DNA of 64,000 nt from Carpediemonas membranifera BICM. Its lineage: Eukaryota; Protista; Fornicata. Shown here in pieces: positions 1 through 10,938 of this stretch. The notes below the pieces were generated by a model that had not been told where the DNA came from, ran no database searches, and saw only the letters and a list, made by a program, of their open reading frames with translations. Each line of letters opens with the position of its first letter. Within the stretch, counting starts at the first letter, position 1. The DNA is taken from contig JAHDYR010000005.1 in the NCBI GenBank assembly GCA_019828565.1, forward strand, positions 1,569,992 to 1,633,991, given 5' to 3'. Position numbers and translations under genes: made by a program.

Positions 1-405
1 GAGAACCGCGGTGCCTCGCGCCTGACCGCCACCCGCTCCCGCGACTTCGTTCGGGCATATTGGACCTGTGTCCGGCTTGAGCATCTCCCGGCTATGGAGC
101 TTGCCATGAACAAGGAGCTGTTCACGCTCCAGCTCACGGACACGTCCGCCGCGTACGGTGTGGTGGAGGTCAAAGAGCACATCGAGCTCTACGAGAACGC
201 CCGCCAGGAGGAGTCGTTCATCCTGCTCGTCCAGTTTTCGGGCTATCCGCTGCCGTCACTGACCTTCCTGACCCAGGATCTTTGCCGCACCATGCCTGTC
301 ACTCGTTATCTCAACGAGCATAACTTATGGCGTCGCGTTCGTCGGCGCTGGGAGCATGACGGCATCTTCTTTGAGCTTGGTGACAGCCTTGGTGCCATTG
401 AATAA
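1..405 (+). CDS. 3' part of an unknown protein; frame is open from the window edge
   Basis: Frame 1 has no stop from base 1 to TAA at 403-405 and favours C/G-ending codons. No family recognised. Convergent with the gypsy pol stop, 29 bp away. Confidence 0.5.
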   Translation, partial: ENRGASRLTATRSRDFVRAYWTCVRLEHLPAMELAMNKELFTLQLTDTSAAYGVVEVKEHIELYENARQEESFILLVQFSGYPLPSLTFLTQDLCRTMPVTRYLNEHNLWRRVRRRWEHDGIFFELGDSLGAIE

Positions 406-434
406 ATCAGATTGTGACTCTCTCTGGGCGCCAT

Positions 435-1196
435 TTACTTGGCCCTTCCCAGGAATACATCCAGTGCTTCACAACCCTTGACATTCCCATATGGTTCCCA
501 TGTGTCCTCTGACGGCTCATATCCCAGCCATCTAACCCGGAACTTCCTGTCTCTCATCCTGGCCTCACTCGTCGACTCTAGTATGGACTCGACCAGATAT
601 TCACCGAGCGTGACTGCCGCGAGTTCCTGAGCCCGTTGCTCGGACAACTCACCCATAAAGGCGCGAACTCTCTCCGAGGCGACTTGGAACTCCTTCTTTG
701 TGTTGACATCCTTGACGACATAGCCCACCGTGAGGTTCTGCCTCACGATAGGACGCACTAGCTTCATAGGCCCTCGCCATCCTGACGCCAACTTGGACGG
801 CGGTCCATTCGGGTACTTGACCAACACGTAGTCGGACGAGATAGGTGTCGTTGCTGACACTTTGTCTAGCGCATCTTGGTGCATGACCTTGATTCTCGCC
901 TCTGCCAAGTCTCGGGCTAACTGAGCTGCTTGAACATTACTGCTGGGCTGTACAGCCATACTCTGGACGTCTGCCATCATCACGTCTGCCGGGACACGGA
1001 AATCGCTACCGAAGATGACCTCGGCCGGTGTTAAGCGTGTCGCGGTGTGGGGAGACGCGTTGACGATATACTGCGCGACAGGGAGGGAGTCTGACCACAA
1101 CTCGCTCCGAAGCTGGTATTGCCTGTTGCGTAAAATGCGCTCAATGCGGCTGTTCGCCCGTTCCACAATGCCGTTTGACTGTGGATGGTACGGGGG
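435..1196 (-). CDS. Integrase C-terminal half plus chromodomain (frameshifted continuation of Pol)
   Basis: YHPQSNGIVER (catalytic Glu), GPY/F-like WRGPM, chromodomain EYLVESIL...FRVRWLGYEPSEDTWEP. Removing one base from the G5 run at 1192-1196 restores HVTTPYHPQSNG. Confidence 0.9.
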   Translation of the reverse strand, partial: PPYHPQSNGIVERANSRIERILRNRQYQLRSELWSDSLPVAQYIVNASPHTATRLTPAEVIFGSDFRVPADVMMADVQSMAVQPSSNVQAAQLARDLAEARIKVMHQDALDKVSATTPISSDYVLVKYPNGPPSKLASGWRGPMKLVRPIVRQNLTVGYVVKDVNTKKEFQVASERVRAFMGELSEQRAQELAAVTLGEYLVESILESTSEARMRDRKFRVRWLGYEPSEDTWEPYGNVKGCEALDVFLGRAK

Positions 1197-4100
1197 TGGT
1201 GACGTGAGTAGCAAACCCTACGCGCACCGATAGATCTGTGAATAGCTTGTTGACGAACTGCTTGCCCCCGTCTGTCTGTAGAACTCTGGGCACGCCGTAC
1301 CGGAGAATCCATCCGTTGACGAAGGCAGTCACAGCTTCGTCCGCCCTTGTGGACTTGAGTGGAACGAGCTCGGTCCACCGCGAGGCTATATCAATAATAA
1401 CTAAGATGAACTTGTACCCGCGAGACTCTGGTAGGGGGCCAATAGTATCCATGGCTACCCGCTGGAACGGTCGCAGGCTCGCCGTGTGAAGGTATGGTCT
1501 GGACGCCTCGGCCGGCTTGGCGGTAAGTTGGCACACGGGGCAACGATCTATGACCCGCGCTACCCTATCCACTGGAGCCCGGAGTCCGTTAGATCTCAGC
1601 CACTCTACCGTCGTATAAACCGGGAGGTGGGCCTGGCCGTGCATATGAGCTGCCTGGATCTCGTTATCGGTAGCTGTTGCCTGTCTGGCAGTTGCGGAGA
1701 AGACTCGACTCAGCCCGTCCGCCGCTCCGTTGTCAACCCCGGCCACATGCTTCACTGTGAAGTCTAGGTCTGCGATTGACTCGTACCAACGCTGGACTTT
1801 TGCGTTAGACGATCGTGACATGTAGACCAGGTTCCGGTGGTCAGTGAGGAGAGTAAACGACGTCCAGCACAGGAAACGGCGCCACCTCTGGAGGGCGGTG
1901 ACAATCGCATACGCTTCCTGTTCGATCGTGCTCCAACGCGTCTGCACATCTGAGAACGCGTGGGACATATAACACACCGGCTTGCCGTCCTGGAGGAGAA
2001 CACCCCCGATCCCGAGATCAGACGCGTCTGTCATGACCACATGATCCTTCGAAACGTCAAAGTGCTCGAGTGCCGGTGCGTGGCAGAGGCGGTCCTTAAC
2101 CTTGGCCAGCGCCTCTGCCTGAGGTAATCCGTCCGGAGCCTCCTTGCCGCTTGCAGCCCGGGCTAACGGTCGGATAAGCTCGGAGAAGTTAGGAACAAAG
2201 TCTCTCATAAAGTTGAGGAATCCCATAAGGGCCTGCGCGGCCTTCTTCGTCTTCGGTAGCCGCAGGCCTTCTACATCGCGGATCCTGTCTGGAGCAATCC
2301 GGAAACCCGAGCCGGACACAACCCATCCTAGGAACTCCACTTCGGCTAGGCCGAAATGCGACTTCTCCTTGTTCAACGATAGCTTGAGCTCGTCACATCG
2401 GCGGAGCACCTTAGCGAGGTTGGCCAGATATTCCTGCTCCGAGCGTCCAAAGATGATAATGTCATCTATATATATAATGCAGGCGTCGCCTAAGAGGTCC
2501 TGGAACCCGCGCTCAATCGCGTACTGAAAGTGCGCGCCAGCGTTCTTAAGGCCGAACGGCATTCCGGTGTATTGGAACTTCCCACGGGGGGTCATAAACG
2601 CCGTGTATTGCCTAGAACGCTCGGTCAGCTCGACCTGGTGATACCCTTTCGAGAGGTCGAGAGTGGCGAAGACCTTGGCACCAGCAAGCCTGGTCAAGCA
2701 CGTGTTAACCTCGGGGATCGGATAGTCGAATGGCGTGGTCAAATCGTTGATTCTGCGGAAGTCGACGACCATCCTGGTCTTGTCCTTGCCCTTGGGGACG
2801 AGCAATGCTGGAGAAGAGTATGGCGAGAAGCTGGCCTGGATGTATTTCTTCGACAGTAGTTCGTTGACGTGCTCGTCGAACAGGCCCTGCTTCTGGTACG
2901 GTATGTAATTGGATCTCGTGGCGACGACGCGGTCCTCCTTGAGTACGAGGTCGTATGGCTCTAATGCTGAGAACCCTTCTCGAGCATCAAAGCAATGAGC
3001 ATAAGCTGCGAGGATGCGGTCATGAGTGAGAGTGTAGTCCGAAGACAGAGTATACGCCTGGAGTGGCTCAGGCTCTGGCACGAAAGGCTCCAAGGCGTCG
3101 TCATTGTCAGACTGAGACGGTTCACACAGGCTGGGGAGAATACCCCACTCGACCATGGTCTGATATGACAAGAGGAGATCATAAGCACAGTCAACCCCAT
3201 ACGCGGAGACTGTGGTGGATAGACCTTTCGGGGTGAAAGGTGACTTACACATCTTCAACGGCACCTCATAACACGTATCAGTCTCGATCGTTCCACCCGG
3301 AGTCTTGATCTTAATGGGTGCGGCAAGCTTCGTCGGAATGAGCTCGGCCGCACTGGCGGAAGCCGGGTTGACAAGAGAAATGTCAGCACCACAGTCGAAT
3401 AAGACACGGTGCCATGTGGTAGATTCATCGCTACCCATAGGGACGACGGCACTCACGACGGGTAGGGAGCGCTGGCCTTCAGACGCCGACGTAGAAACAG
3501 AGACAGAAAAGCATGATCTGGGGTTTACCTGACAGAACTTGTCTAGGTGCCCCGACTTGCCGCACTTCGCGCACACGGCCTTCTCTCTGGTGCATTCGAA
3601 GGCGCGGTGGTTCGGCCTGCCGCAGTTAAAGCAGACGATGTCTCGCTGGTGACCGCGGTGTTGCGTCTGGTGCTGCGTCTGCTGCTGGCGCTGACCGTGA
3701 CGTTGGCCTTGCTGGTGGGAGTGCGTCTGGTGCTGGCGGGGCTGGTGTTGCTGCCGCTTGTCTTGGCGCGGCTGATCCTGAGGCTCGCGCTGCTCTCGCG
3801 GGGGGCGGTTGCGGACAGCGGGCTGCTTAGAGCGTTGGCGCTCTTGAGCAGGGGCAGGCTTGGACGTTGAAGTGAGCTTGATTGCTTCCTCCAGACGCTT
3901 ACATGTCAGGAGGGCGGTCGAAAAGGTCGCGTCAAGTGACAGGCCCTTGGAGGCGTGAGAAACCTCCTCTCTGAGCGTTTCATCTTGGATTCCGCGCAAA
4001 AACTGGCCGCGAAGGACTGAATCCTTGCCAGAGGGTGCAATGAGACGGCGGCGGGAAGCGAAGCGGTCGATATAGAGAGATAGGCGGCCAATATCGATAC

Positions 4101-4410
4101 CAGTGGTCGATAGGTCGAAAAGGCGGCGCTCGAGGATCGCATCGGAGGGCTTAACGGTGTCCACAATCGCCTGGAAGACGATGTCCTCGCGCTCGTGCTT
4201 CGTTCTTTTGGAACCATCATCGTGATGTTTTGCGGCCTGATACTTTCTGGTAATATCAGTACCCATCGCCTTGCAGTATGAGGTCACCGCGGGTCCGAGT
4301 CGCTTAAGCAAGCGCCTCTTTCCGCCCGCGCGAACATGCTTATCCAATTTCTCGGCAAATGAGAGGACTGCGTGAATCTCAGGCTGTGTACATAAAGGTC
4401 CCTTATCCAT
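1141..4410 (-). CDS. Gag-Pol polyprotein: 2 CCHC knuckles, aspartic protease, RT, RNase H, integrase N-terminal half
   Basis: CFNCGRPNHRAFEC and CAKCGKSGHLDKFC; protease LFDCGAD; RT LDLSKGYHQ, MPFGLKNA, YIDD; RNase H TDAS, EQEAYA, TDH, ADGLSR; integrase H..H..CPVC, MDTIG, TDGG. First ATG at 4410. The real protein leaves this frame near 1195. Confidence 0.92.
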   Translation of the reverse strand: MDKGPLCTQPEIHAVLSFAEKLDKHVRAGGKRRLLKRLGPAVTSYCKAMGTDITRKYQAAKHHDDGSKRTKHEREDIVFQAIVDTVKPSDAILERRLFDLSTTGIDIGRLSLYIDRFASRRRLIAPSGKDSVLRGQFLRGIQDETLREEVSHASKGLSLDATFSTALLTCKRLEEAIKLTSTSKPAPAQERQRSKQPAVRNRPPREQREPQDQPRQDKRQQHQPRQHQTHSHQQGQRHGQRQQQTQHQTQHRGHQRDIVCFNCGRPNHRAFECTREKAVCAKCGKSGHLDKFCQVNPRSCFSVSVSTSASEGQRSLPVVSAVVPMGSDESTTWHRVLFDCGADISLVNPASASAAELIPTKLAAPIKIKTPGGTIETDTCYEVPLKMCKSPFTPKGLSTTVSAYGVDCAYDLLLSYQTMVEWGILPSLCEPSQSDNDDALEPFVPEPEPLQAYTLSSDYTLTHDRILAAYAHCFDAREGFSALEPYDLVLKEDRVVATRSNYIPYQKQGLFDEHVNELLSKKYIQASFSPYSSPALLVPKGKDKTRMVVDFRRINDLTTPFDYPIPEVNTCLTRLAGAKVFATLDLSKGYHQVELTERSRQYTAFMTPRGKFQYTGMPFGLKNAGAHFQYAIERGFQDLLGDACIIYIDDIIIFGRSEQEYLANLAKVLRRCDELKLSLNKEKSHFGLAEVEFLGWVVSGSGFRIAPDRIRDVEGLRLPKTKKAAQALMGFLNFMRDFVPNFSELIRPLARAASGKEAPDGLPQAEALAKVKDRLCHAPALEHFDVSKDHVVMTDASDLGIGGVLLQDGKPVCYMSHAFSDVQTRWSTIEQEAYAIVTALQRWRRFLCWTSFTLLTDHRNLVYMSRSSNAKVQRWYESIADLDFTVKHVAGVDNGAADGLSRVFSATARQATATDNEIQAAHMHGQAHLPVYTTVEWLRSNGLRAPVDRVARVIDRCPVCQLTAKPAEASRPYLHTASLRPFQRVAMDTIGPLPESRGYKFILVIIDIASRWTELVPLKSTRADEAVTAFVNGWILRYGVPRVLQTDGGKQFVNKLFTDLSVRVGFATHVTTPVPSTVKRHCGTGEQPH

Positions 4411-4463
4411 TAGCTTGGAAGTAAGCTTACTGTGATCACTAAGGAAAAAGGCTTTACAAAGAG

Positions 4464-4487
4464 AGCTCGACACAAGGGTGTCGAGCT
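4464..4487. repeat. Perfect 10-bp inverted repeat at the gypsy/LINE junction
   Basis: AGCTCGACAC-aagg-GTGTCGAGCT. Confidence 0.85.
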
Positions 4488-4562
4488 GGACGGATCAAGA
4501 CCGTATCAAATACGTATCTCATATATAAATGGCTGACAAAAGCATGGCAGATCACCAGATTC

Positions 4563-7171
4563 ATGGAGGAAGGCAGGGACATCCTCAGGTTGCAGGCCCC
4601 GGAGGCGCCGGCGGTCTGGCAGGCAGCTTGGTGCAAGACAGGAGTCAACACGGAGGGCAGAGGCGCAATAAGGGCACAAGGACAGGAGACGCCGCTCAGC
4701 AACAAGCTCGTCTTCTCTGACGTCAGGGCCAGGGTGATCAATGCCACCAGCCGCCGCCAAAAGAGGGACAGGGAAGAAGAGTCAGACAACGAGAGCGGCG
4801 CACAGACCAGCCAAGAGGAAGACCCCAAACCCAAGGTCGTGTTGACACAAGCGGAAGGAGTGAGCGCCAGAAGGGGCCTTGGAGCCGAGCTTGATCAGCA
4901 GGAAGAAGAGAGCATACCCCGAGCATCAGAGGGAAGTGCATCAGCAGGGAGCCTACCGGAGGCATTGCAGAGTCAGGGTCAGAAGAAGCTCATCCTCGGT
5001 TCTATCGACTTCGAGTGTGGAGATCCTGGGAGTGAGAGGGCAGGGATCAGTGCGGTGCCGACAGAGGGGGGCTCGTGCTAGTGGACGTCGAGACGGGGGA
5101 GGTCGTTGGCCATGGCCACGGCCTCTTCTATGAGCCCAACCTGCCGGCCAACAAGGTGGACCAGAGCAGATACGCGACGTGGGCAGTGACGGGGATTCCC
5201 CCAGCGACGTTCGTGGAAGTGGACACAGGGGAGGTGCCGATGGACTATCAGCAGCACTTCAGCAGATTTAGAGAGTGGGCCACGCGGCTCGCAGCCAAGC
5301 TGAGAGACAGAGAGACCAGGGAGAACTGGAAGCTAGTCCTTCATGCCAAGGGCGTCCACATGGAGAAGTTCCTCCTGACGAACGAGGTCAACGGGCTCAA
5401 CAGGGACACCAGGGACTTCTTTAGAATGAGGCTGGTGGACGATAGCGAGCTGGCCGACGCCATCGAGGAGCTCGCCCCGGATAAGGCAAGAGAGTACAGG
5501 GCAAACTACGAGATCAAGAACTACAGGGAGATGGCAGATATATGGGCCAGCCAATGGCAGCGCAGGGAGCTCCCGAAGGGGGCCTGTCCGTACCACAGGC
5601 ACACTGCAGGGTGCTACCATTGTGCGCTGGCAGATGCAACGTTGTTCGCGGCGAAGGTGTGGGGCATGATGCTGAAGAAGATGAGCACGCCGGATCTGGA
5701 GAGTGCGATGGGTAACGCTTTCAACAGCATGTATGACACGGTCAGGGACGCAGGGATCAGAGACGACCTCTGCGGAGGCAACGGAGTAGCGTACAGGCGT
5801 GAGACCTTCAACATCTTCGGAGGGCACCCGTACGGCAACAGCAGGGACCTAAGCAGGGAAGAGGGCGACCGCATCCTAGTGGTCCCGGACAACGATCACT
5901 GCTATGGGATCGGCTTCGGATTCAGCGAGGTCATTAAGGGTATGAAGGGCATTCTATTGGCCCCAACCACGGTCATGGAGAGAGGAGTCACCACGAGAGT
6001 CCCCATATGGTCGATCCATGAGAACACGACCCACATTCAGAGACTGATGCTGCAGGGAAGAGCTGGCAGGGCAGTTACTAGGGACGAGGACATCGTCACC
6101 ATCGCGATGGTCTACAGCTGGTGGCCCTCAAGGGAGGATACTGCTCATCAGGGTCAGCCGGGAGTCCACGACCTGGCAGAGAGCGTCAGACGCGAGGAGA
6201 AAGCCATAGCGAACGTCAGGGCACCCCCAGGGTATAGCGCAACCATCAGAGCGGCCTTCATCCCGAGAGACTGGGGCTGTATCAGGGTCAGAGAGGCAGG
6301 GACGACACTGGGACGGATGAAGAAGGTGGGGACCCGTATGGTGTCCACGACCATCCCGCCAGAGGATAACTGCAAGATCACCCAGAGGCCGACGGTTAAG
6401 TACATCCCGTCAAGAGATGGAAAGGAGGAGAGACCCTACACGGTCGATTACTCGGACATGGGCATAGAGGGATCTATCAGACGGCTCACCGAGATGATTG
6501 GCACGCCGGTCGGGCCAGTAGGCCGAGATGACCTCTATACCAACAACCGCCGAGCCGACGGAACCCTCAGAGACGAGAGAGAGCCCAGAAACAACGGCGT
6601 CCATCGGTGCGACAGAGAGCGCAGGGACGTCAGGCCTCACCATGAGGACAGGGAGCGCAGGGACGATCAGGGCAGAGACTCCGGAGAGAGCAGACGCCGC
6701 TCACCCCCTCATGGGACCGGCAAGAGGAGTGGCAAGGACAGGGCGGTGAGCTACACAGGGGCTGGAAAGAGGGGCAAGCTCGACGGCGACGCCCGTTACG
6801 AGGCTGGAAGCAGACAGTCGAGTGACAGCGACGCGGAGAGGGACGAACTCAGGAAGGAACTTGATGAAGCCAAGAAGCTGATTCTCGCACTCAGGGCCAG
6901 GGACAGCAGGGAGGAGGAGCAGGCGACGCCAACCCCAGCACCGGCTGACACCCAGGGAAACCAGGGTGCCGGCAAGGAGCACAGGGTAGTCCGCCACAAG
7001 AAGAGGACTCGGACAAAGAGGTCTCGCAAGCCGAGACAGCTAAACCAGATGGAGCTAGTGGCCCAGATCGTGTCAACGGTGATGAAGACCATGCAGCAAC
7101 AACAGGGGATGGCAACCGAGAACCAGAGCGATGATGGCAGTGACAGTGGCAACTCAACGGAGACCGATTAA
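4563..7171 (+). CDS. Putative LINE ORF1, about 870 aa if the frameshift at the G6 run 5066-5071 is repaired
   Basis: ORFs 4563-5081 and 5075-7171 join with one extra G. Same composition as ORF2. Contains CPYHRHTAGCYHC, an R/D/E-rich region and a short coiled coil. Confidence 0.65.
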
Positions 7172-7236
7172 GCAGGGGTAAAGTGGTATTCTTTGAGAGT
7201 GATAGTGACAGTTGTCAGTTCTTTTCTTTTAATCCA

Positions 7237-7396
7237 ACCCTGGCTCCCACCCAGGGTCCGGCATTAGCTGAAATGCACTGCCGGTGGGCTGTGGCGGCAG
7301 CCAAAGGGGGGTCACGCCAATGCGCCCCCTCCTAAGTATCCCTGCCCGAAGGTAAGGATGGTCACCAGGGTAACCCATAGTTGGCCCGCCATGGGT
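7237..7396 (+). other. Candidate structured RNA in the LINE inter-ORF spacer
   Basis: Consecutive stems ACCCTGG/CCAGGGT, CCGGCA/TGCCGG, GGCTG/CAGCC, AGGGGG/CCCCCT, ATCC..TGCC/GGTA..GGAT and ACCCAT/ATGGGT, with loop complementarities. Confidence 0.55.
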
Positions 7397-7489
7397 AACC
7401 GGAGCCGGCACGAAGGCCCCGTGACGGGACAAGGGCAGATTGCAGGGAATTTCCGAAAATTCGCAGGATAGGAAAGACGGAGTACAAGA

Positions 7490-10400
7490 ATGGAAACGAT
7501 CAAGATAGCGAGCCTGAACACTGAGGGACACATCGGGAAGGGAAAGGACTTCACGGCCTCAATGGCAACGGCTATAAGGATGAAACTGAGCGACACAGAT
7601 GCAGTATGCATCCAAGAAACGTGGAGGACGGCGAATACGAGGGTACACAACTTCATAGACTTCGACTACGCAATGGCAGGGAAGGAAACAGAGGAGGAGC
7701 TAGCTATGGACAACGAGAGGAGGAAGAAAGAAGCCCAAAGCCAGCGCCGAATAGATGCCCAGCTGGGCATAGCAGGGAGCAGTAGCCGGACGCCCAGGAC
7801 GAGGGGTACTAGAGAAGGAGTGGGCACAATCATCAACCCAAGAGCAAGAGGGAGCTGGGACGTAGGCATCACAGATAGCTTATCAGGGAGGATACAGGTG
7901 AGCATACTCAGAACCCATAGGGACATCCTGGTGATCAACGTGTATGGCCCACCGGTCGGCCACGGAAGGGAGGAGAAGGACGAGTTCAGGGACGGAATAA
8001 GGAGCATTCTGGAGATGAAAGGAGAGATGGAAACAATCATCATAGGGGACTGGAACCTCGACCCCAAAAGGATAGCCACAATGGCAAGATGGAAGGACCT
8101 GATCAGGGACTATAAGCTGGGAGCAGTGATCCCCATGGAAGGTACCCTCACCAAGGGAACTACCACTCCGGACTTCGCGCTGGTATCATCAGGGATCAGA
8201 GGAGCAAGGATAGAAGTACTGGATGCTAGTCGACTCGGAGTCTGGGGGTCAGCCCACAACATGATAAGACTGGAATGGAGGGAACAACGGATCCAACGGA
8301 CTACAAAGAGAGAGGAAGTCCTAGACATACCGGGCGTCAGAGTGTGGAACATGAGGAAGAAGGCTGAACGCACATCAGTCAGAAGACTGCACCGTTTTAA
8401 GAGCCTGGATGAGTGGGAGGAGGATATCAGGAAGGATATGGGCGAGCCGTCAGGTCACCCAGGCAGTGGAGACAGGGAAGAGGTCATCAAAGAAAAGGTG
8501 TGGTCGGAACTCCGGCACACACCATGGACAGAAGAGGGAAACAAGACCAGAAGTGAGATCATGAAGCGTGAGCTGCAGGCCTTCTGGGGAAAACGCAGGG
8601 AAGAGTGGATCCAGGACCTCAGCCGGAGCGCGAAGGAAGGATACAAAGCATCCAGGTCCATGGTGGAAGCAGCGGTAAGAAGATGGTGGTGTGAAAACCA
8701 GTTCAAGGGCATGCCAGAGAGCATACTGAAGGACGGGAAGATTACCACCAACAAGGAAGAAATAGGTAAGATCCTCCTACAACAGTATGCAGGAGTGAGC
8801 AGGGGCAGGGAACCGGAGTGGAAGGATAGAGGCAATGGAAAGAGGGAGGACGAATTTAAGGAGAGAGAAATACGAGAAGCGATCAGAAGGATAAAGAGGG
8901 ACACTGCACCGGGACCGGACCACACTACAGGGGACATGCTCAGGGACACAGATGACCAGGGGATCGCTCAGATAACTAGGCTCATGAACAGGGTATACAG
9001 GGAGGGCAAGATCCCGACAACATGGAAGTATGCTACAGTCTCGGCCATCCACAAGACAGGGAAGCCCAGAGTGAAGCCGGAGTCGTACAGACCCATCTCG
9101 CTAACACCACTACTGTATAGGGTGTATGGTAGGCTCCTGAAGAGAAGATTAGAAGCAGCCACATGGCACCTCATCCCAAGAGAGCAAGCAGGGTTCCAAT
9201 CGGATAAGGACGTAATACAACAGATACAATACATCGTGCAGAGACACCAGGAAGGGGGGGAGACCACGTCGATCTTCCTAGACATAGAGAAAGCCTATGA
9301 CACCGTCCCGAGGGACATCCTCATGGATAAGCTGCAGGGAATGGGGGTCGAAGACCACCTCATCAGGGCAATACAGAGTACACTAGAAGAGACATGGATC
9401 TCGGTGAAGGGGGCAGGGTCATGGGAGAGAACAAACAGGGGAGTGAAGCAAGGATGTGTCCTAGCGCCGACCCTGTTCGTTTTGTTCATGGCAAACTGGC
9501 CTCACCTGGTCAGGAAGAAGCATCAGGGACAAGAGTACGATATCAGGGAACCACCAACGGAGTTACCAAGAGTCCGGGACACGCTGCCGGCCACCCTAAC
9601 CATGTTCGTGGACGATACAGCGGTCACAGGGGAGACACCGGAAAAGAGCAAGATAGTGGCGAACCTAGTCATAGAAGTTATCAAGGAGCACCTCATGAGG
9701 GCAAATGCACAAAAGAGTGAGATGATCAGTGTAGACAGGGCAGCAGTGGCGAGAGTGGGGGAGTTACCCTAATGGCAAAAGAGGAAGCTAAGTACCTAGG
9801 TCTCTGGATAGCCAGCGGAAAAGACCCACTGGCAGCCTGTATCAGAAAGAAGCGGGAGCAGAGCGAAAGGTACAAGAAGCTAGTGAGAAGAGTGGGATGG
9901 ACCAGAGGCAACATGCCGGCGCTAGCCAGCAGGCTCCTCCTCGAAGTTTACATATGGCCGAGGATAATGTTTGGAGTGGAGTTGTGGGGCTACGCAGCAG
10001 GGGGGAACAAGATATGGACGGATTGGCGGGGCATCATGGCCGGAACAGGCCCAGGTGGGGGCTCGGTCATGCGCATCTTGAACGGATGGATGGACCTGCA
10101 AGCCCACCTGGAGATTCTAGCAGTCAAGAGGATCGTGACAAGCAGGGGCCAGGATATACCAATCAGAGACAGGGTCTGGAAGGAGGGATCGATTATGTGG
10201 AAAGCCAGGGACTCAGTGAACGCACTCCTCAGAGGAACAAGAGAGGGAGCAACGAATGCAGGGAAGATAGACTTTGGTAGGGAGATGGTAAGAATGAACT
10301 GGACCAGGAGGTGCAAGAGCAAGACAGCGGTGGGGCTCATGGAAGTCCTAGGACCCAAACGTATGGGAAAGTGCATGGCGGGGAAACCGGCCATAAGTAG

Positions 10401-10938
10401 GAAGACAGGGAAGTGGCAGTCAAGGGCAGAGTGGAAAAGGATAGTGTCGGTGGCAGCGAATGTCAGCCCGTCTCCATCATCAGCGGAAGGGGAGAAGGCC
10501 CAGAGCGAGCGCTGGCGGACCTGGCGATGGGTGAGGAACTCAAACACAAGATACAAAGGAGGTGCCCCCTGTGCACAAAGGAGAGCGAGATAGAGTTACT
10601 GTGGCAAATAGCGAGAGAGCAGCCAAACCAAGCCAGGAAGCAGGCACTAATCAGGGGAGTGGGTAAGGGGTCAGCCGCTGGGATCGGCGGCCCACATTAT
10701 GTGTGAGTGCCCAGAGGTTGAAAGAGGAGATGACTGGGAAAAGATATGGAAGACAGCTAAGGAGAGGACCAGGGAATTGCAAGTCAGAAGAGGCCCGAAT
10801 GGGAGGTGGTATGAGAAGAGGCCAATCTTAGAGGTGCAACAACTAGTGTTAACAGGGTCGGAAGAGATATGGGAAGGACTGCGAGCTGGGCTGAGAGCCC
10901 TGGCAAAGGTCTATGATAGCTATAGAATAGATGGATAG
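7490..10938 (+). CDS. LINE ORF2: AP-endonuclease, reverse transcriptase and C-terminal Cys/His motif, broken by about 3 frameshifts
   Basis: APE motifs SLNTEG, IQETW, NVYGP, GDWN, SAHN; RT motifs APGPD, YRPISL, QAGF, LDIEKAYD, GVKQG..L.P.LF, FVDD, KYLG; CPLC and HIMCEC lie in shifted frames. Shifts near 9757-9761, about 10467 and about 10667. Confidence 0.88.

Larger units (their letters stand above)
435..4473 (-). mobile_element. Ty3/gypsy (chromovirus-like) retrotransposon internal region; LTRs not identified
   Basis: Domain order gag-PR-RT-RNaseH-IN-chromodomain, which is the Ty3/gypsy order. Confidence 0.93.

Noticed and set aside
425-433. TGGCGCCCA (minus strand) as a tRNA-Lys primer-binding site
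   Set aside because: It lies at the 3' end of pol, the wrong position, and matches only 8-9 nt.
3650-3800. CTG/GTG-rich repeats
   Set aside because: These encode the Gln/His low-complexity part of gag and are not a CRISPR-like or satellite array.
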